DNA of 64,000 nucleotides from an uncultured Acetobacteraceae bacterium (GTDB taxonomy: Bacteria; Pseudomonadota; Alphaproteobacteria; CACIAM-22H2): contig CAYSUY010000002.1 of the NCBI GenBank assembly GCA_964434345.1, positions 4,708 through 68,707 on the forward strand, written 5' to 3'. The notes under the pieces were generated by a model. That model made no database searches. It was not told where the DNA came from and saw only the letters and a list, made by a program, of their open reading frames with translations. A program made the position numbers and the translations under genes. Positions within the stretch are counted from its first letter, which is position 1, and each line of letters begins with the position of its first letter. This document shows positions 39,744-50,917 of the stretch, one piece after another.

Positions 39744-40442
39744 GTGGCCAGACCACGAAAGAAGACGAAATCCGCCGATGCGCGCGGCGTGACACCGGCA
39801 CCAGCCACCGCGAGGCGTCGCAAGCCGACCGTATCGCGCGCCGAGAAATCCGAGGCGATCCGCCGCGCACTGCTCGAGGCCGCGGGCGCCGTGGTCGGCC
39901 GCTACGGTTATGCGGGTGCGTCGATCGCGCGGATCACGATGGCGGCGAATGTCGCCCAGGGCACGTTCTACAACTACTTCGACTCCCGCGACGCGCTCTT
40001 CGCCCATCTGCTGCCGGAGATCGGGCAGCTCATGATCGACGAGATCGGCGCGAAAGTCCGCCAGCACACGCGCCTCGCAGATCGCGAAGAGGCGCGCATC
40101 CGCGGCTATCTGGAATTCCTGCGCACCCATCCCGGCTTCTACCGCGTGCTGCGCGAGGCCGAGACCTTCGCGCCCGAAGCGCATCGCAAGCACATGGCCA
40201 ACATGGTCGCCGGGTATACCCGTGCGCTGCGGGCAGAGCGCGAGCGGGCCGGTGCCGCACCGCTGCCCGACCAGCAGATCGAGAAGATCGTCTACATGTT
40301 GCTCGGCGCGCGCGACTACCTCGCGATGCAGTATCAGGGGCCCGGGAACGCACCCACGGCTGCCGACGACGAGACCGTGGCGACCTATATGCGCGCCCTC
40401 CGCGGCGGCCTCTTCGACGACATTCCCGACGACGTGGCGTGA
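39744..40442 (+). CDS. TetR/AcrR family transcriptional regulator
   Basis: GTG start with GGGAG upstream. N-terminal HTH ...RRALLEAAGAVVGRYGYAGASIARITMAANVAQGTFYNYF has the TetR signature. Confidence 0.85.
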   Translation: MARPRKKTKSADARGVTPAPATARRRKPTVSRAEKSEAIRRALLEAAGAVVGRYGYAGASIARITMAANVAQGTFYNYFDSRDALFAHLLPEIGQLMIDEIGAKVRQHTRLADREEARIRGYLEFLRTHPGFYRVLREAETFAPEAHRKHMANMVAGYTRALRAERERAGAAPLPDQQIEKIVYMLLGARDYLAMQYQGPGNAPTAADDETVATYMRALRGGLFDDIPDDVA

Positions 40443-40453
40443 CGGCGCAGCCG

Positions 40454-41503
40454 TCAGTTGCGCCCCGCCGCCTCTCCCCATCGCACCAGCCGGTCCCAGA
40501 GCGGTCCGGCTCCCACCGCCGCTCGGGCGAGGTCGAAGGACCAGTCGCGCACGCCACCGAATTCGCGTCGCCAGGACATCAGCCGGGTGGTCAGCAGGTG
40601 GAGATCGTGCTCGCGCGTGAAACCCATCGCTCCGAGGACCTGATGTCCGACGGAGATCGCCGTGCCGGCGGCATCGCCGCAACGGATCTTCGCGGCCGCC
40701 GCCCAGGCACGCGCGGCATCGCCGTCCAGCGCCGCAAAGGCGCAGCGCGCGGCCATGTCGGCAGCCAAGGTCTCCTCCGCGAGGACCGCGAGTTGCTGCT
40801 GGATGGCCTGGAACGCCGCGATCGGCTTGCCGAATTGCTGCCGCACACGCGCATGCGCGACGGCGATGTCGAGTGTGCCGCGCACCGCCCCGGCGATCGT
40901 CGCCGCGCGCAGGGCGGCGCCCGCGACGCGCGGACCAGGCCCCGACGGAAGCCTGGCCATCGTCGCCTGGACGCCGCGAAAGACGAGCCGATCGCGCGGT
41001 TCGCCCGCGAGATTTTCCGCGCAAATGCGCTCCGCCGCGCCGGTCCCGAGCAGCAGGATGCGCCCCCCGTCGTCAGCGCCATCCAGTCCGACGACGACCG
41101 CCGCCGCATGCCGCCCCCAGGGCACGGCGCACAGCGTACCGCGGACGGATCCCTGCCCGTCGACCGTCAGCGTCCCGGCATCCGGGGCAAGCGTGATGAC
41201 ACCGGTGGGCGCCGGCAGCCCCGCGCGATGAAGGAGCCACCGCGCGAACATGTCCTCGCCGACCGGGACGGGTCCCGCATGACGGCCGATGGCGCGAAAC
41301 GCTGGCAGCATCGCCGCGGGCGCGCATCCCGCGCCGCCACCCGCCTCCGGCAGCAGGGCGTGCGATATGCCGAGGGCGGAGATCTCCGTCCATAAACGGT
41401 CAGGCAGGCCGCCAGCCGCGAGCGCGGCCTGCGCCGGACGCCCGCCGAATGTCGCGAGCGTGCGGTCGACCGACTCTTCGAGCAACGCCGCGATATCGCT
41501 CAT
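40454..41503 (-). CDS. acyl-CoA dehydrogenase family protein, small subunit type (partner of the upstream ACAD)
   Basis: 349 aa with a C-terminal ACAD domain (…GGAGCAPAAMLPAF…, …HQVLGAMGFTREHDLHLLTTRL…). ATGA overlap with the upstream ACAD. Confidence 0.8.
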   Translation of the reverse strand: MSDIAALLEESVDRTLATFGGRPAQAALAAGGLPDRLWTEISALGISHALLPEAGGGAGCAPAAMLPAFRAIGRHAGPVPVGEDMFARWLLHRAGLPAPTGVITLAPDAGTLTVDGQGSVRGTLCAVPWGRHAAAVVVGLDGADDGGRILLLGTGAAERICAENLAGEPRDRLVFRGVQATMARLPSGPGPRVAGAALRAATIAGAVRGTLDIAVAHARVRQQFGKPIAAFQAIQQQLAVLAEETLAADMAARCAFAALDGDAARAWAAAAKIRCGDAAGTAISVGHQVLGAMGFTREHDLHLLTTRLMSWRREFGGVRDWSFDLARAAVGAGPLWDRLVRWGEAAGRN

Positions 41504-42654
41504 CGCAATCCCAGGTCGCGCGCGATGATGCTCCGCATGATCTCGCGGGTCCCGCCGCGGATCGAAAAGGATGGCGCGAGCAAGGTCACCATCTCGAGCA
41601 TGCGCGCGAGCGATTCAACGGCGATCGCATCCGGCGTCGCCTCGAGCGCCTCCTCGACGATCCTCGGGACCTCCTGCTCGAAATTCATCCCCATGTCCTT
41701 GATGAGCGCCGCCTCCGTCGCCGGATCGTGCCCTTGTTCGAGCAGCCCGGCCACCGAGATCGACATCTGGCGCAGCGTCATCAGGTGGGCGAGAAGGCGG
41801 CCCAGCGCGTCACCGGCCGTGTCGAGCCGACCGCGCTCCGACAGCGTCGTGATCGCCTCCGCCAGCAGGGGATAGGCGCTGAGGAAACGCTCGGGGCCGC
41901 TGCGCTCGAGAGCGAGCTCGCTCGTGACCTGCGCCCATCCTTGGCCCGCGACGCCGACGAGCGCGTCGTCCGGGACGAAGGCGTCTTCAAAGACGACCTC
42001 GTTGAAATGCGGCTCCCCGGTGAGGTCGAGGATCGGACGACACGTGATGCCGGGCGTCCGAAGATCGACGACGAATTGCGACAGCCCGTCATGCCGCGTC
42101 GCGCCGCGCGGCTCGGTGCGCACCAGCGTGATCATGAAATCGCTGCGCTGGGCGTTGCTGGTCCAGAGCTTGGCGCCGTCGATCCGCCACCCGCCATCCA
42201 CCCTGCGACCACGGGTCCGGATCGCCGCGAGATCGGAGCCGGCATCGGGCTCGCTCATCCCGATGCAGAAGAAGATCTCGGCGCGCGCGAGGCGCGGCAG
42301 AAAACGCATGCGCTGCGCCTCGGAACCGAAGCGCAGCAGCATCGGCCCGCTTTGTCGGTCCCCTGTCCAATGCGCCGCGACGGGAGCCCCGGCGGCCAGA
42401 AACTCCTCGAGGACGACGTAGCGCGCCAGCGCGCTGCGCTCGCCGCCGCCATAGCGCTTCGGCCAGGTCATCCCGATCCAGCCTTGCGCGGCCACCTTCC
42501 GACTGAAGGAGGGATCGAAACAGAGCCAGGACTTGGCGCGCAGCGCGGGCGGATGGTTGGCCAGTTCCCGCGCACAGAACGCACGGACCTCGGCACGCAA
42601 CGCGGCGAGATCGGCGGGAAGCGCCTGGGGCGGAAGATCGATGCGCCAGCCCAT
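41500..42654 (-). CDS. acyl-CoA dehydrogenase
   Basis: 384 aa from MGWRIDLPP...; ...FCIGMSEPDAGSDLAAI... and ...GLSQFVVD..; full three-domain ACAD. Confidence 0.88.
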   Translation of the reverse strand: MGWRIDLPPQALPADLAALRAEVRAFCARELANHPPALRAKSWLCFDPSFSRKVAAQGWIGMTWPKRYGGGERSALARYVVLEEFLAAGAPVAAHWTGDRQSGPMLLRFGSEAQRMRFLPRLARAEIFFCIGMSEPDAGSDLAAIRTRGRRVDGGWRIDGAKLWTSNAQRSDFMITLVRTEPRGATRHDGLSQFVVDLRTPGITCRPILDLTGEPHFNEVVFEDAFVPDDALVGVAGQGWAQVTSELALERSGPERFLSAYPLLAEAITTLSERGRLDTAGDALGRLLAHLMTLRQMSISVAGLLEQGHDPATEAALIKDMGMNFEQEVPRIVEEALEATPDAIAVESLARMLEMVTLLAPSFSIRGGTREIMRSIIARDLGLR

Positions 42655-42658
42655 GGGA

Positions 42659-43897
42659 TCAGATGACCCCGGCGGCGCGCAGGGCGCCGATACGTTCGGA
42701 TGACAGTCCGAGAACCTCGCCGAGCACCTCGTCGCTATGTTCGCCGACACGCGGCGGCGCGCCACGGTAGACGGGCGGGCAATCCGACATCTTGACCGGC
42801 GATCCGACGACACGCACCGCGCGTCCGTCGGATCGCGGCAGCGAAACCGTCATCCCGCGCGCCATCGCCTGATCGCTGTCGAGCGCTTCGCCCACGGACT
42901 GGATCGGACCGCACGGCACGTCTGCCGAGGCGCAGCGCTCGATCCAATGGGCGCGCGGATGCGTGGACAGGATCTCGTTCAAGGTCGCGACGAGGATGTC
43001 GCGATTGGCGAGCCGGGTCTCGGTCGTGTCGAAACGCGGATCGCGGCTCCATTCCGGATGACCGACCACCGACGCGACACGGGCGAATTCCCGGTCGGTG
43101 AAGGTCGCGATCATGATGTGGCCATCCGCGGCGCGGAACACACCGTAGGGAACGGCGCTGGGATGGTCGTTGCCGGAGCGTGGCCACGTGACGCCATTGT
43201 TCAGCCAGGCTGCCGCGGGATTGAGCAGGCCGGCCAGCTGGCTGTCGAACAGAGAGACGTCGATGTGCTGTCCACGCCCCGTCCGCTGACGCTGAAGCAG
43301 CGCGCCGAGGATGCCCGCGACGGCGTTCTGCCCCGCGAGAACGTCGCAGATCGGAACTCCCACGCGGACCGGGCCCGCGCCCGGCATTCCATCGGGATGG
43401 CCGGTGATCGACATCAGCCCCGACATCGCCTGGATGAGATAATCGTAGCCGGGTCGGGTCGCGAGCGGTCCGGTCTGTCCGAACCCGGTGATCGAGCAAT
43501 AGATCAGCCGCGGGTTGACGGCTGCCAGGGCCGCATAGTCGAGCCCATGCCTAGCGAGGTTTCCGGTCTTGTAGTTCTCGATCAGGATATCCGCTTCGCG
43601 GACGAGCGCGAGGACGAGGTCGCGTCCTTCCGGACGCGTGAAGTCGACGGTCAGCGATCGCTTGCCGCGGTTCACGGCCTGGAAATAGGTGGATTGCCGG
43701 TCCTCGCGCCGCGTGTCACCGAGCCAGGGCGGACCGACGAGGCGAATGTCGTCGCCCTCCGCGACGCGCTCCAGCTTGATGACGTCGGCGCCCATGTCCG
43801 CGAGCATCTGCGCTGCGAAGGGTCCCGCGACGATCCGGCTCATGTCGAGGACACGGATGCCGGCGAGACACCCGGCTTCGTCCAGCGGTTGCGCCAT
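42659..43897 (-). CDS. family III CoA-transferase (CaiB/BaiF/Frc-like)
   Basis: 412 aa from MAQPLDEAGCLAGIRVLDMSRIVAGPFAAQMLADMGADVIKLE, the classic CoA_transf_3 N-terminus, with an active-site Asp region. Confidence 0.9.
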   Translation of the reverse strand: MAQPLDEAGCLAGIRVLDMSRIVAGPFAAQMLADMGADVIKLERVAEGDDIRLVGPPWLGDTRREDRQSTYFQAVNRGKRSLTVDFTRPEGRDLVLALVREADILIENYKTGNLARHGLDYAALAAVNPRLIYCSITGFGQTGPLATRPGYDYLIQAMSGLMSITGHPDGMPGAGPVRVGVPICDVLAGQNAVAGILGALLQRQRTGRGQHIDVSLFDSQLAGLLNPAAAWLNNGVTWPRSGNDHPSAVPYGVFRAADGHIMIATFTDREFARVASVVGHPEWSRDPRFDTTETRLANRDILVATLNEILSTHPRAHWIERCASADVPCGPIQSVGEALDSDQAMARGMTVSLPRSDGRAVRVVGSPVKMSDCPPVYRGAPPRVGEHSDEVLGEVLGLSSERIGALRAAGVI

Positions 43898-44016
43898 CTG
43901 ACACTCCTCCGAAGGGTGGTTTCCTTCCGGTTTGCGAGTATCGAACCCCCCGCCGCGCGGCGTCAATCTCAATGACCGATGAATCGCGGTTCATTATCGA
44001 GCACGGCCACCACCGC

Positions 44017-45639
<1,623 letters not shown>

Positions 45640-45735
45640 GCGAACCGGGTCGGTGAGGCGGAGGGGCGCCGCTTATGCCACAGCTTGCGCCGGCGCAGCA
45701 GTCCCGAAGGCGACGCCCCCGAATGCGCCGAGGCC

Positions 45736-46170
45736 TCAGCGCGCACGCCAGCGCAGCAGGACGAACCGGGCCGCGGCCATGCCGGCGAACATGGCGGCCA
45801 CGAAGACGATCGCGGCTCCCGATCCCGTGCCGAGCGCGACCAGGGCCGGTCCCGGGCAGAAACCGGCAAGGCCCCAGCCGATGCCGAAGATCGCCGGTCC
45901 GACAAGGATCCGACGGTCGATCCCCGCCGTGCCAGGCAGGTGGAAGACGCTGTCGAAGAGCGGGCGCGGGCGACGCAGCACCGCGCGGAACCCGAGAAAA
46001 GCCACCGCGATCGCACCGGCCATGACGAAGGCGAGGCTGGGGTCCCAGCCGCCGCTCGGCATCGCGCCGATGTCGAGGAAGTTGAGGACTTTCGCCGGAT
46101 CCGACATCCCGGCCACGACGAGGCCCACACCGAGGAGAAGGCCGATGAGGAATTGCGCGACGATGGACAT
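45736..46170 (-). CDS. YeeE/YedE (DUF395) family membrane protein, half-size
   Basis: 144 aa from MSIVAQFLIGLLLGVGLVVAGMSDPAKVLNFLD...; ...GWGLAGFCPGPAL is the conserved Cys motif of YeeE/YedE. Confidence 0.8.
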   Translation of the reverse strand: MSIVAQFLIGLLLGVGLVVAGMSDPAKVLNFLDIGAMPSGGWDPSLAFVMAGAIAVAFLGFRAVLRRPRPLFDSVFHLPGTAGIDRRILVGPAIFGIGWGLAGFCPGPALVALGTGSGAAIVFVAAMFAGMAAARFVLLRWRAR

Positions 46171-46177
46171 GGCGACC

Positions 46178-46621
46178 TCAGAGCACGTGGCGGACGACGA
46201 AGACCGTCGCGAACGCGGTCGCCATGAAGACGAGCGTCGCGACCAGCGAGCGCGGCGACAGGCGGGACAGGCCACAGACCCCGTGACCGGACGTGCAGCC
46301 ATTGCCCCAGACCGTGCCGAAGCCGACGAGAAGCCCGGCGACGACGAGAACCACCGGCCCGGCGGCGATATGCATGCCCGGTACCGCGCCGGTCGCCGCG
46401 GACATCACAAGCGGCGCAGCGACGAGTCCCGCCACGAAGGCGGCACGCCCCGCCCAACCGCCATCCTCATAGGGTGGCAGAAGGCGTGCTGCGATGCCGC
46501 TGATCCCGGCGATGCGTCCTGTGGCGAGCAGCAGAAGGACGGCCGCGGCACCGATCATCGCGCCACCGAGCAGCGCAGCAAGCGGCGTGAATGCAGTCCG
46601 GACGATTTCGAGCGTGCCCAT
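46178..46621 (-). CDS. YeeE/YedE (DUF395) family membrane protein, half-size, partner of the downstream gene
   Basis: 147 aa; [18 protein letters not shown] is the conserved Cys-containing loop. Confidence 0.8.
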   Translation of the reverse strand: MGTLEIVRTAFTPLAALLGGAMIGAAAVLLLLATGRIAGISGIAARLLPPYEDGGWAGRAAFVAGLVAAPLVMSAATGAVPGMHIAAGPVVLVVAGLLVGFGTVWGNGCTSGHGVCGLSRLSPRSLVATLVFMATAFATVFVVRHVL

Positions 46622-46707
46622 GTCAGGCCTCCGTCGTGGGGAGCCCGGCGCGGGATCCGTGGCATCTGGATTTGCGAGGCGGCATTGCGGTACTCCTGCG
46701 CGTGATG

Positions 46708-46736
46708 TACGAAATCCATATCTTCGTATCTACGAA
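46708..46736. promoter_or_regulatory. candidate operator: TACGAA-N9-TTCGTA-tc-TACGAA overlapping inverted repeats in the intergenic region between the ArsR and YeeE genes
   Basis: Seen directly in tacgaaatccatatcttcgtatctacgaatat, an AT-rich island 20-50 nt upstream of the ArsR-family gene start. Confidence 0.4.
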
Positions 46737-46754
46737 TATGTCAACGTGAAACGC

Positions 46755-47072
46755 ATGATGCAGGCACCAGATCTGGCCGACATGGAAGCGAACGCCGAAG
46801 CCGCCGCGCGGCTGCTGGCGACCTTGGCGAACCCGAAGCGCCTGCTGGCGCTGTGCCACCTGCTCGACGGGGAGATGCCGGTCAACCGCCTGGCGGAGAA
46901 GGTCGGCCTCGCCCCGGCCACCTTGTCGCAGCACCTCGCCCGGATGCGCGACCTGCGCCTGGTGGAAACACGGCGCGATGGCCAGATGATCCATTACCGC
47001 CTCGCCAGCCCCGAAATCAGGACGATCCTCGCCACGCTCCACGGCATCTACTGCGCACCGCCACGGACGTGA
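46755..47072 (+). CDS. ArsR/SmtB family transcriptional regulator, BigR/SqrR-like (two conserved Cys, putative persulfide sensor)
   Basis: 105 aa. wHTH ...LLATLANPKRLLALCHLLDGEMPVNRLAEKVGLAPATLSQHLARMRDLRLVE.... Cys34 and Cys100 have 66-residue spacing as in SqrR/BigR. Divergent from the YeeE/YedE genes. Confidence 0.8.
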   Translation: MMQAPDLADMEANAEAAARLLATLANPKRLLALCHLLDGEMPVNRLAEKVGLAPATLSQHLARMRDLRLVETRRDGQMIHYRLASPEIRTILATLHGIYCAPPRT

Positions 47073-47082
47073 CCTCTGGCGG

Positions 47083-48192
47083 TCAGTGCACCGCCAGGGT
47101 GCAGCGATCGATCTCGTCCCAGTCGAGTTCGGCGCCGAGGCCAGGGATCGCCGGCAGATGCGCGGTGCCGCCCGCGATCGGCAGAGGCGTACGCAGTCCG
47201 AAGGCGAAATCCTCGATCGGATAGAGCAGTTCGAAGAAGTCGCAATTCCGGATGGCGCCGCAGCAATGCAGGTTGACGAGTTCCAGCGGGTGGAAAATCG
47301 CCGTGTGGACCTCGCAATTCACCGCGAAGGCCTCGGCGAGACGCGCCGTCTTCATGACGCCGGTGACCCCACCGGTCCACGACACGTCGGCGCGCACGCG
47401 ATCGACCACGCGGGTCGAGATGCATTCGGCGACGCTGTACGGATGCTTGGCGAGCACCTCGGTACCGACGACCGGAATCTCGAGGACACGCGTCAATTCC
47501 CGCAACGCGTGCATGTCCTCGTCGAAGAGCGGTTCCTCGTACCAGTGGTATCCGAGTTTCTCGAGGCCACGGCCGAAACGCACCGCTTGCTCCAGATTGT
47601 AGCAGGACACCGGATCCGACATGAGCTTGAACTCCGGTCCGACCGCCTCGCGGGCCAGTCGGTGCGCTTCCAGGTCGGCTTCCCAGGATTTTCCCGGCGT
47701 GTGCAGCTTGTAGCCCGCCAGCCCCTGCGCCTTGGCGCGCGCCGCTTCCTCCCCATAGGCCGACAGCGACGGCAGGATCATGGAACTCGCATAGACCGGC
47801 ACGGTATCGCGATAGCCGCCGAGATATTTCCACAGCGGTTGACCGGCGCGCTGTGCACCCAGGATCCAGAGGCAGCAATCGAAGGGGCCATAGGCGTAGA
47901 TCGGCAGATGTCCCCACCAGCGGTCGGCCATCCGGAAATCGTGCCATGCGCGCTCGCGCTCCAGCGCGTCGCGGCCCAGGAAGAACGGCCGCAGCGTGTC
48001 CGCGACGAGGCGCCCTGCGCCTTCGGCCGAGCGCCCGGCAAAACCGAACATCGAGGCGCTTGTGCCGTCCTCCGTGTGGAGCGTCACGACGAGGAATTCG
48101 AAGCCCTTGAAATCACCGGTCCGGAACGCGCTGGCCGGAAAGCGCTCCGGTCCGCGGCGGCAACTCCTGACCTCCACCTTCGTGATACGCAT
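47083..48192 (-). CDS. enolase-superfamily enzyme (mandelate racemase / muconate lactonizing enzyme family)
   Basis: About 369 aa from MRITKVEVRS...; MR_MLE N- and C-terminal domains. An alternative start lies 6 codons upstream. Confidence 0.8.
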   Translation of the reverse strand: MRITKVEVRSCRRGPERFPASAFRTGDFKGFEFLVVTLHTEDGTSASMFGFAGRSAEGAGRLVADTLRPFFLGRDALERERAWHDFRMADRWWGHLPIYAYGPFDCCLWILGAQRAGQPLWKYLGGYRDTVPVYASSMILPSLSAYGEEAARAKAQGLAGYKLHTPGKSWEADLEAHRLAREAVGPEFKLMSDPVSCYNLEQAVRFGRGLEKLGYHWYEEPLFDEDMHALRELTRVLEIPVVGTEVLAKHPYSVAECISTRVVDRVRADVSWTGGVTGVMKTARLAEAFAVNCEVHTAIFHPLELVNLHCCGAIRNCDFFELLYPIEDFAFGLRTPLPIAGGTAHLPAIPGLGAELDWDEIDRCTLAVH

Positions 48193-48293
48193 CGCTCGTC
48201 CTTTCCCCATGGCTGACGACTGGAGCGTGATCGTCGGAGGCGAAACCGCCGGAGATCCGAACCACGCCACGAAACAAAGAGCCCGCACACGAT

Positions 48294-49715
48294 CTAGGCT
48301 TGCGCCCAACTGCGGGACAGCGCGACCGCTCGACCGAACCGCTCATGCAACCGCGTATCCAGTGGCGCCTCCGGCTCCACGCGCAGCGCGGCACCGGGAC
48401 CAGGCCGCTCGCCGCGCCCCGTCGCCGCGAGGCAGAGATGCAGCACGCCCAGCGCCGTCATGTCGGCCGATCCGGCGACGTCGATCGGACGACCGAGCGC
48501 GGCGGCGAGAAAGCGATTGAAGAATGCGCTGCGGCTCAGCCCGCCGTCGATTCCGATGCGCCGCACGCCGCCGAGCCGGACCTCCAGCGCGCGCACCAGT
48601 TCGGCGGACCTGAGCGCGATACCCTCGAGGACCGCGCGGCGCAGATCCGCGGCGCTGGTCGCGAGATCCAGACCGAGCCAGCATCCGCGCGCCGCACGAT
48701 CCCAATGCGGACAACCCAGCCCCGCGAGTGCGGGCACGAACACGATGCCACGCTCGAGGGCGGAGGGACCGGCGAACCCATCGAGTTCGCCGTGATCCGT
48801 CAGCAGACCAAGGTCACCCAGCCATTCGACCGCTCCGCCCGCGGTCAGGATGCCGCCATCGAGCGCATAGCGCGCCGGGCCGACGCCGAGCCGCCACGCG
48901 CAGGTCGGCAGCAAGCCATCCGCGCTCTCATGGGCGGGAACACCGTCGCAGAGCGCGAGAGCGAAGGCACCGGTGCCGAAAGTGATCTTCATGTCGCCCG
49001 TGTCGCCGCATCCATGGCCGAACAGCGCGGCCTGCTGGTCGACAACGCTGGCGACGACCTGCCCGCCGCCGGGAAGACTGCCGAAATCGGCCGTGGTCGG
49101 GCGGATCTCCGGCAGACACTCCAGCGGAACGCCGAAGATGGCACATAGCTCCGGATCCCAGGCCAGGGTCCGCAGATCCATCAGGCTGGTACGCGATGCT
49201 GTCGACGCATCCGTCGCACAATGCCCCGTCAAGGCATGCAGGAAGAACGCATCGCTCGTCCCGAGACGAAGGCGGCCTTGCGCGTGCAGCGCGTGGGCGC
49301 CATCCGCGTGGTCGAGCAGCCAGCGCAGCTTGGAGGCCGAGAAATAGGCATCGAGCGGCAAGCCGGCACGCGCGCGGGTCAACGCCTCGACACCGGCGGC
49401 GCGCAACTCCTCGATCTGGGCTCCCGTACGCTCGTCCTGCCAGACGAGCGCGTTGTGCAGCGGGCGCCGCGTCGCCGCGTCCCAGGCGATCACCGTCTCG
49501 CCCTGATTGGCGAGGCCGGCATATGCGACGGGACCGGCAGCCTCGGCGAGGCTGCGGAGATGGCCGAGGATCTCGGCCGGATCGTGCTCGACCCAGCCCG
49601 GACGGGGCCGGATCTGTCGATGGGCGAAGCGTCCTACCGGTCGCAGGGATCCGTCGCGCCAGAGATACGCCTTGGTCCCCGTCGTCCCCTGATCGAGCGC
49701 GAGGATCCCGGTCAT
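48294..49715 (-). CDS. glpK: glycerol kinase-like FGGY family carbohydrate kinase
   Basis: ILALDQGTTGTKAYLW, PGWVEHDPAEIL, NQGETVIAWD...NALVWQDERT and DAYFSASKLRWLLDH are colinear with GlpK motifs. It is shorter than E. coli GlpK by ~30 aa. Confidence 0.75.
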   Translation of the reverse strand: MTGILALDQGTTGTKAYLWRDGSLRPVGRFAHRQIRPRPGWVEHDPAEILGHLRSLAEAAGPVAYAGLANQGETVIAWDAATRRPLHNALVWQDERTGAQIEELRAAGVEALTRARAGLPLDAYFSASKLRWLLDHADGAHALHAQGRLRLGTSDAFFLHALTGHCATDASTASRTSLMDLRTLAWDPELCAIFGVPLECLPEIRPTTADFGSLPGGGQVVASVVDQQAALFGHGCGDTGDMKITFGTGAFALALCDGVPAHESADGLLPTCAWRLGVGPARYALDGGILTAGGAVEWLGDLGLLTDHGELDGFAGPSALERGIVFVPALAGLGCPHWDRAARGCWLGLDLATSAADLRRAVLEGIALRSAELVRALEVRLGGVRRIGIDGGLSRSAFFNRFLAAALGRPIDVAGSADMTALGVLHLCLAATGRGERPGPGAALRVEPEAPLDTRLHERFGRAVALSRSWAQA

Positions 49716-50917
49716 GCGAGTTCCACCGTCAGCGCCGCGGCATCGCGCAACGTCGCGGCGGGCACGTCGAGCCGCAACCGGCGCTCCGGCAAGACACGCA
49801 CGCGGCGCTCACGCACGGCGCGCCCGTCGGCCAGCACCCGCAACCATCCGTCATGGGCCGTCGCAGCGCGCGCGTGGAGCGTTGCGCCACCGGCGCCGCG
49901 CACGAGGCGCTGCGGATAGGCGTAGCGCAATGCGCCTCGCGCCTCCACCGGCAACCCCTCCGCGAAAGGCGGCAAAGCGCCTGCGAGGGCCTTCAGGATC
50001 GCCTGGGCTGCCGCCCTGCCTTCGCCCGCCACGAAGCCGGAATGTTCGACCGGGCGCACCACGTTGCCGGCCGCGAAGACGACGCCCTCGCCACAGCGCC
50101 AGGCGCTGTCGATGACGGGGCCGCCCGTCCCGCGATCGATCGCGATGTCGCTCGCGCGCGCGAGCGCAGCGTCGGGAACGAAGCGCCCGCTCAGGACGAC
50201 GCCGTCGCAGACGATCCGCTCCACGCGCCCATCGCGCTCGACGCGCACGGCCTCGACCCGCTCGGCGCCTTCGATCGCGAGCAGACGCGTGCGCAGCAGG
50301 ACGGGCACGCCAAGCACATGCCGCGCGACGAGATCCGCCGGACGGTGGGCGAGGATCCGCTGTCCCGGTTCGATCATCGCGACCGGACTGATCCGCGCAT
50401 GTCGCGCCGTGAGGAGGGCGGAAAACGCGACCCATTCGGTCCCGACGATGACCGGGGCGCGGAACGGCGGCGGGGATCCGGCGGCGACAATGTCCTGGAA
50501 GGCGCCGGTATTGAGGACGCCCCAGGGCCGGGATCCGGAGATCGCACGCGCCGCGCGGGACATCTCGCGGATGCCCGTGGCGATCAGAACGGCACGCGCC
50601 TCGACACGCCCAGGCCCCTCGGAATACGCGACCCCGACCGTGCCATCGGCGCCGATCGACGTCGCCGCCGCGCCGGTCACGATCTCGACGCCCGCGGCCA
50701 TCGCGGCCTCGGCAAGGCGCCTCGCATAGGAAGGACCAGTCCAGACCCGCCTGAAATCCAGCATGCCCCAGCCAGGATGGCGGCAGGTCCGCGGCAGACC
50801 GCCCGGCTGCGTCGCGCGCTCCAGCACGCGCACATCGCGCAGCCCCGCTTCGGCGAGGCAGCGCGCCGCGCTGAGCCCCGCAGGACCGGCACCGACGATC
50901 ACGACCGGCTGCGTCAT
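49712..50917 (-). CDS. NAD(P)/FAD-dependent oxidoreductase (GlpB/HcnB-like small subunit)
   Basis: 401 aa; VVIVGAGPAGLSAARCLAEAG has the dinucleotide-binding GxGxxG. ATGA overlaps both the upstream GlpA-like gene and the downstream glpK. Confidence 0.75.
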   Translation of the reverse strand: MTQPVVIVGAGPAGLSAARCLAEAGLRDVRVLERATQPGGLPRTCRHPGWGMLDFRRVWTGPSYARRLAEAAMAAGVEIVTGAAATSIGADGTVGVAYSEGPGRVEARAVLIATGIREMSRAARAISGSRPWGVLNTGAFQDIVAAGSPPPFRAPVIVGTEWVAFSALLTARHARISPVAMIEPGQRILAHRPADLVARHVLGVPVLLRTRLLAIEGAERVEAVRVERDGRVERIVCDGVVLSGRFVPDAALARASDIAIDRGTGGPVIDSAWRCGEGVVFAAGNVVRPVEHSGFVAGEGRAAAQAILKALAGALPPFAEGLPVEARGALRYAYPQRLVRGAGGATLHARAATAHDGWLRVLADGRAVRERRVRVLPERRLRLDVPAATLRDAAALTVELA

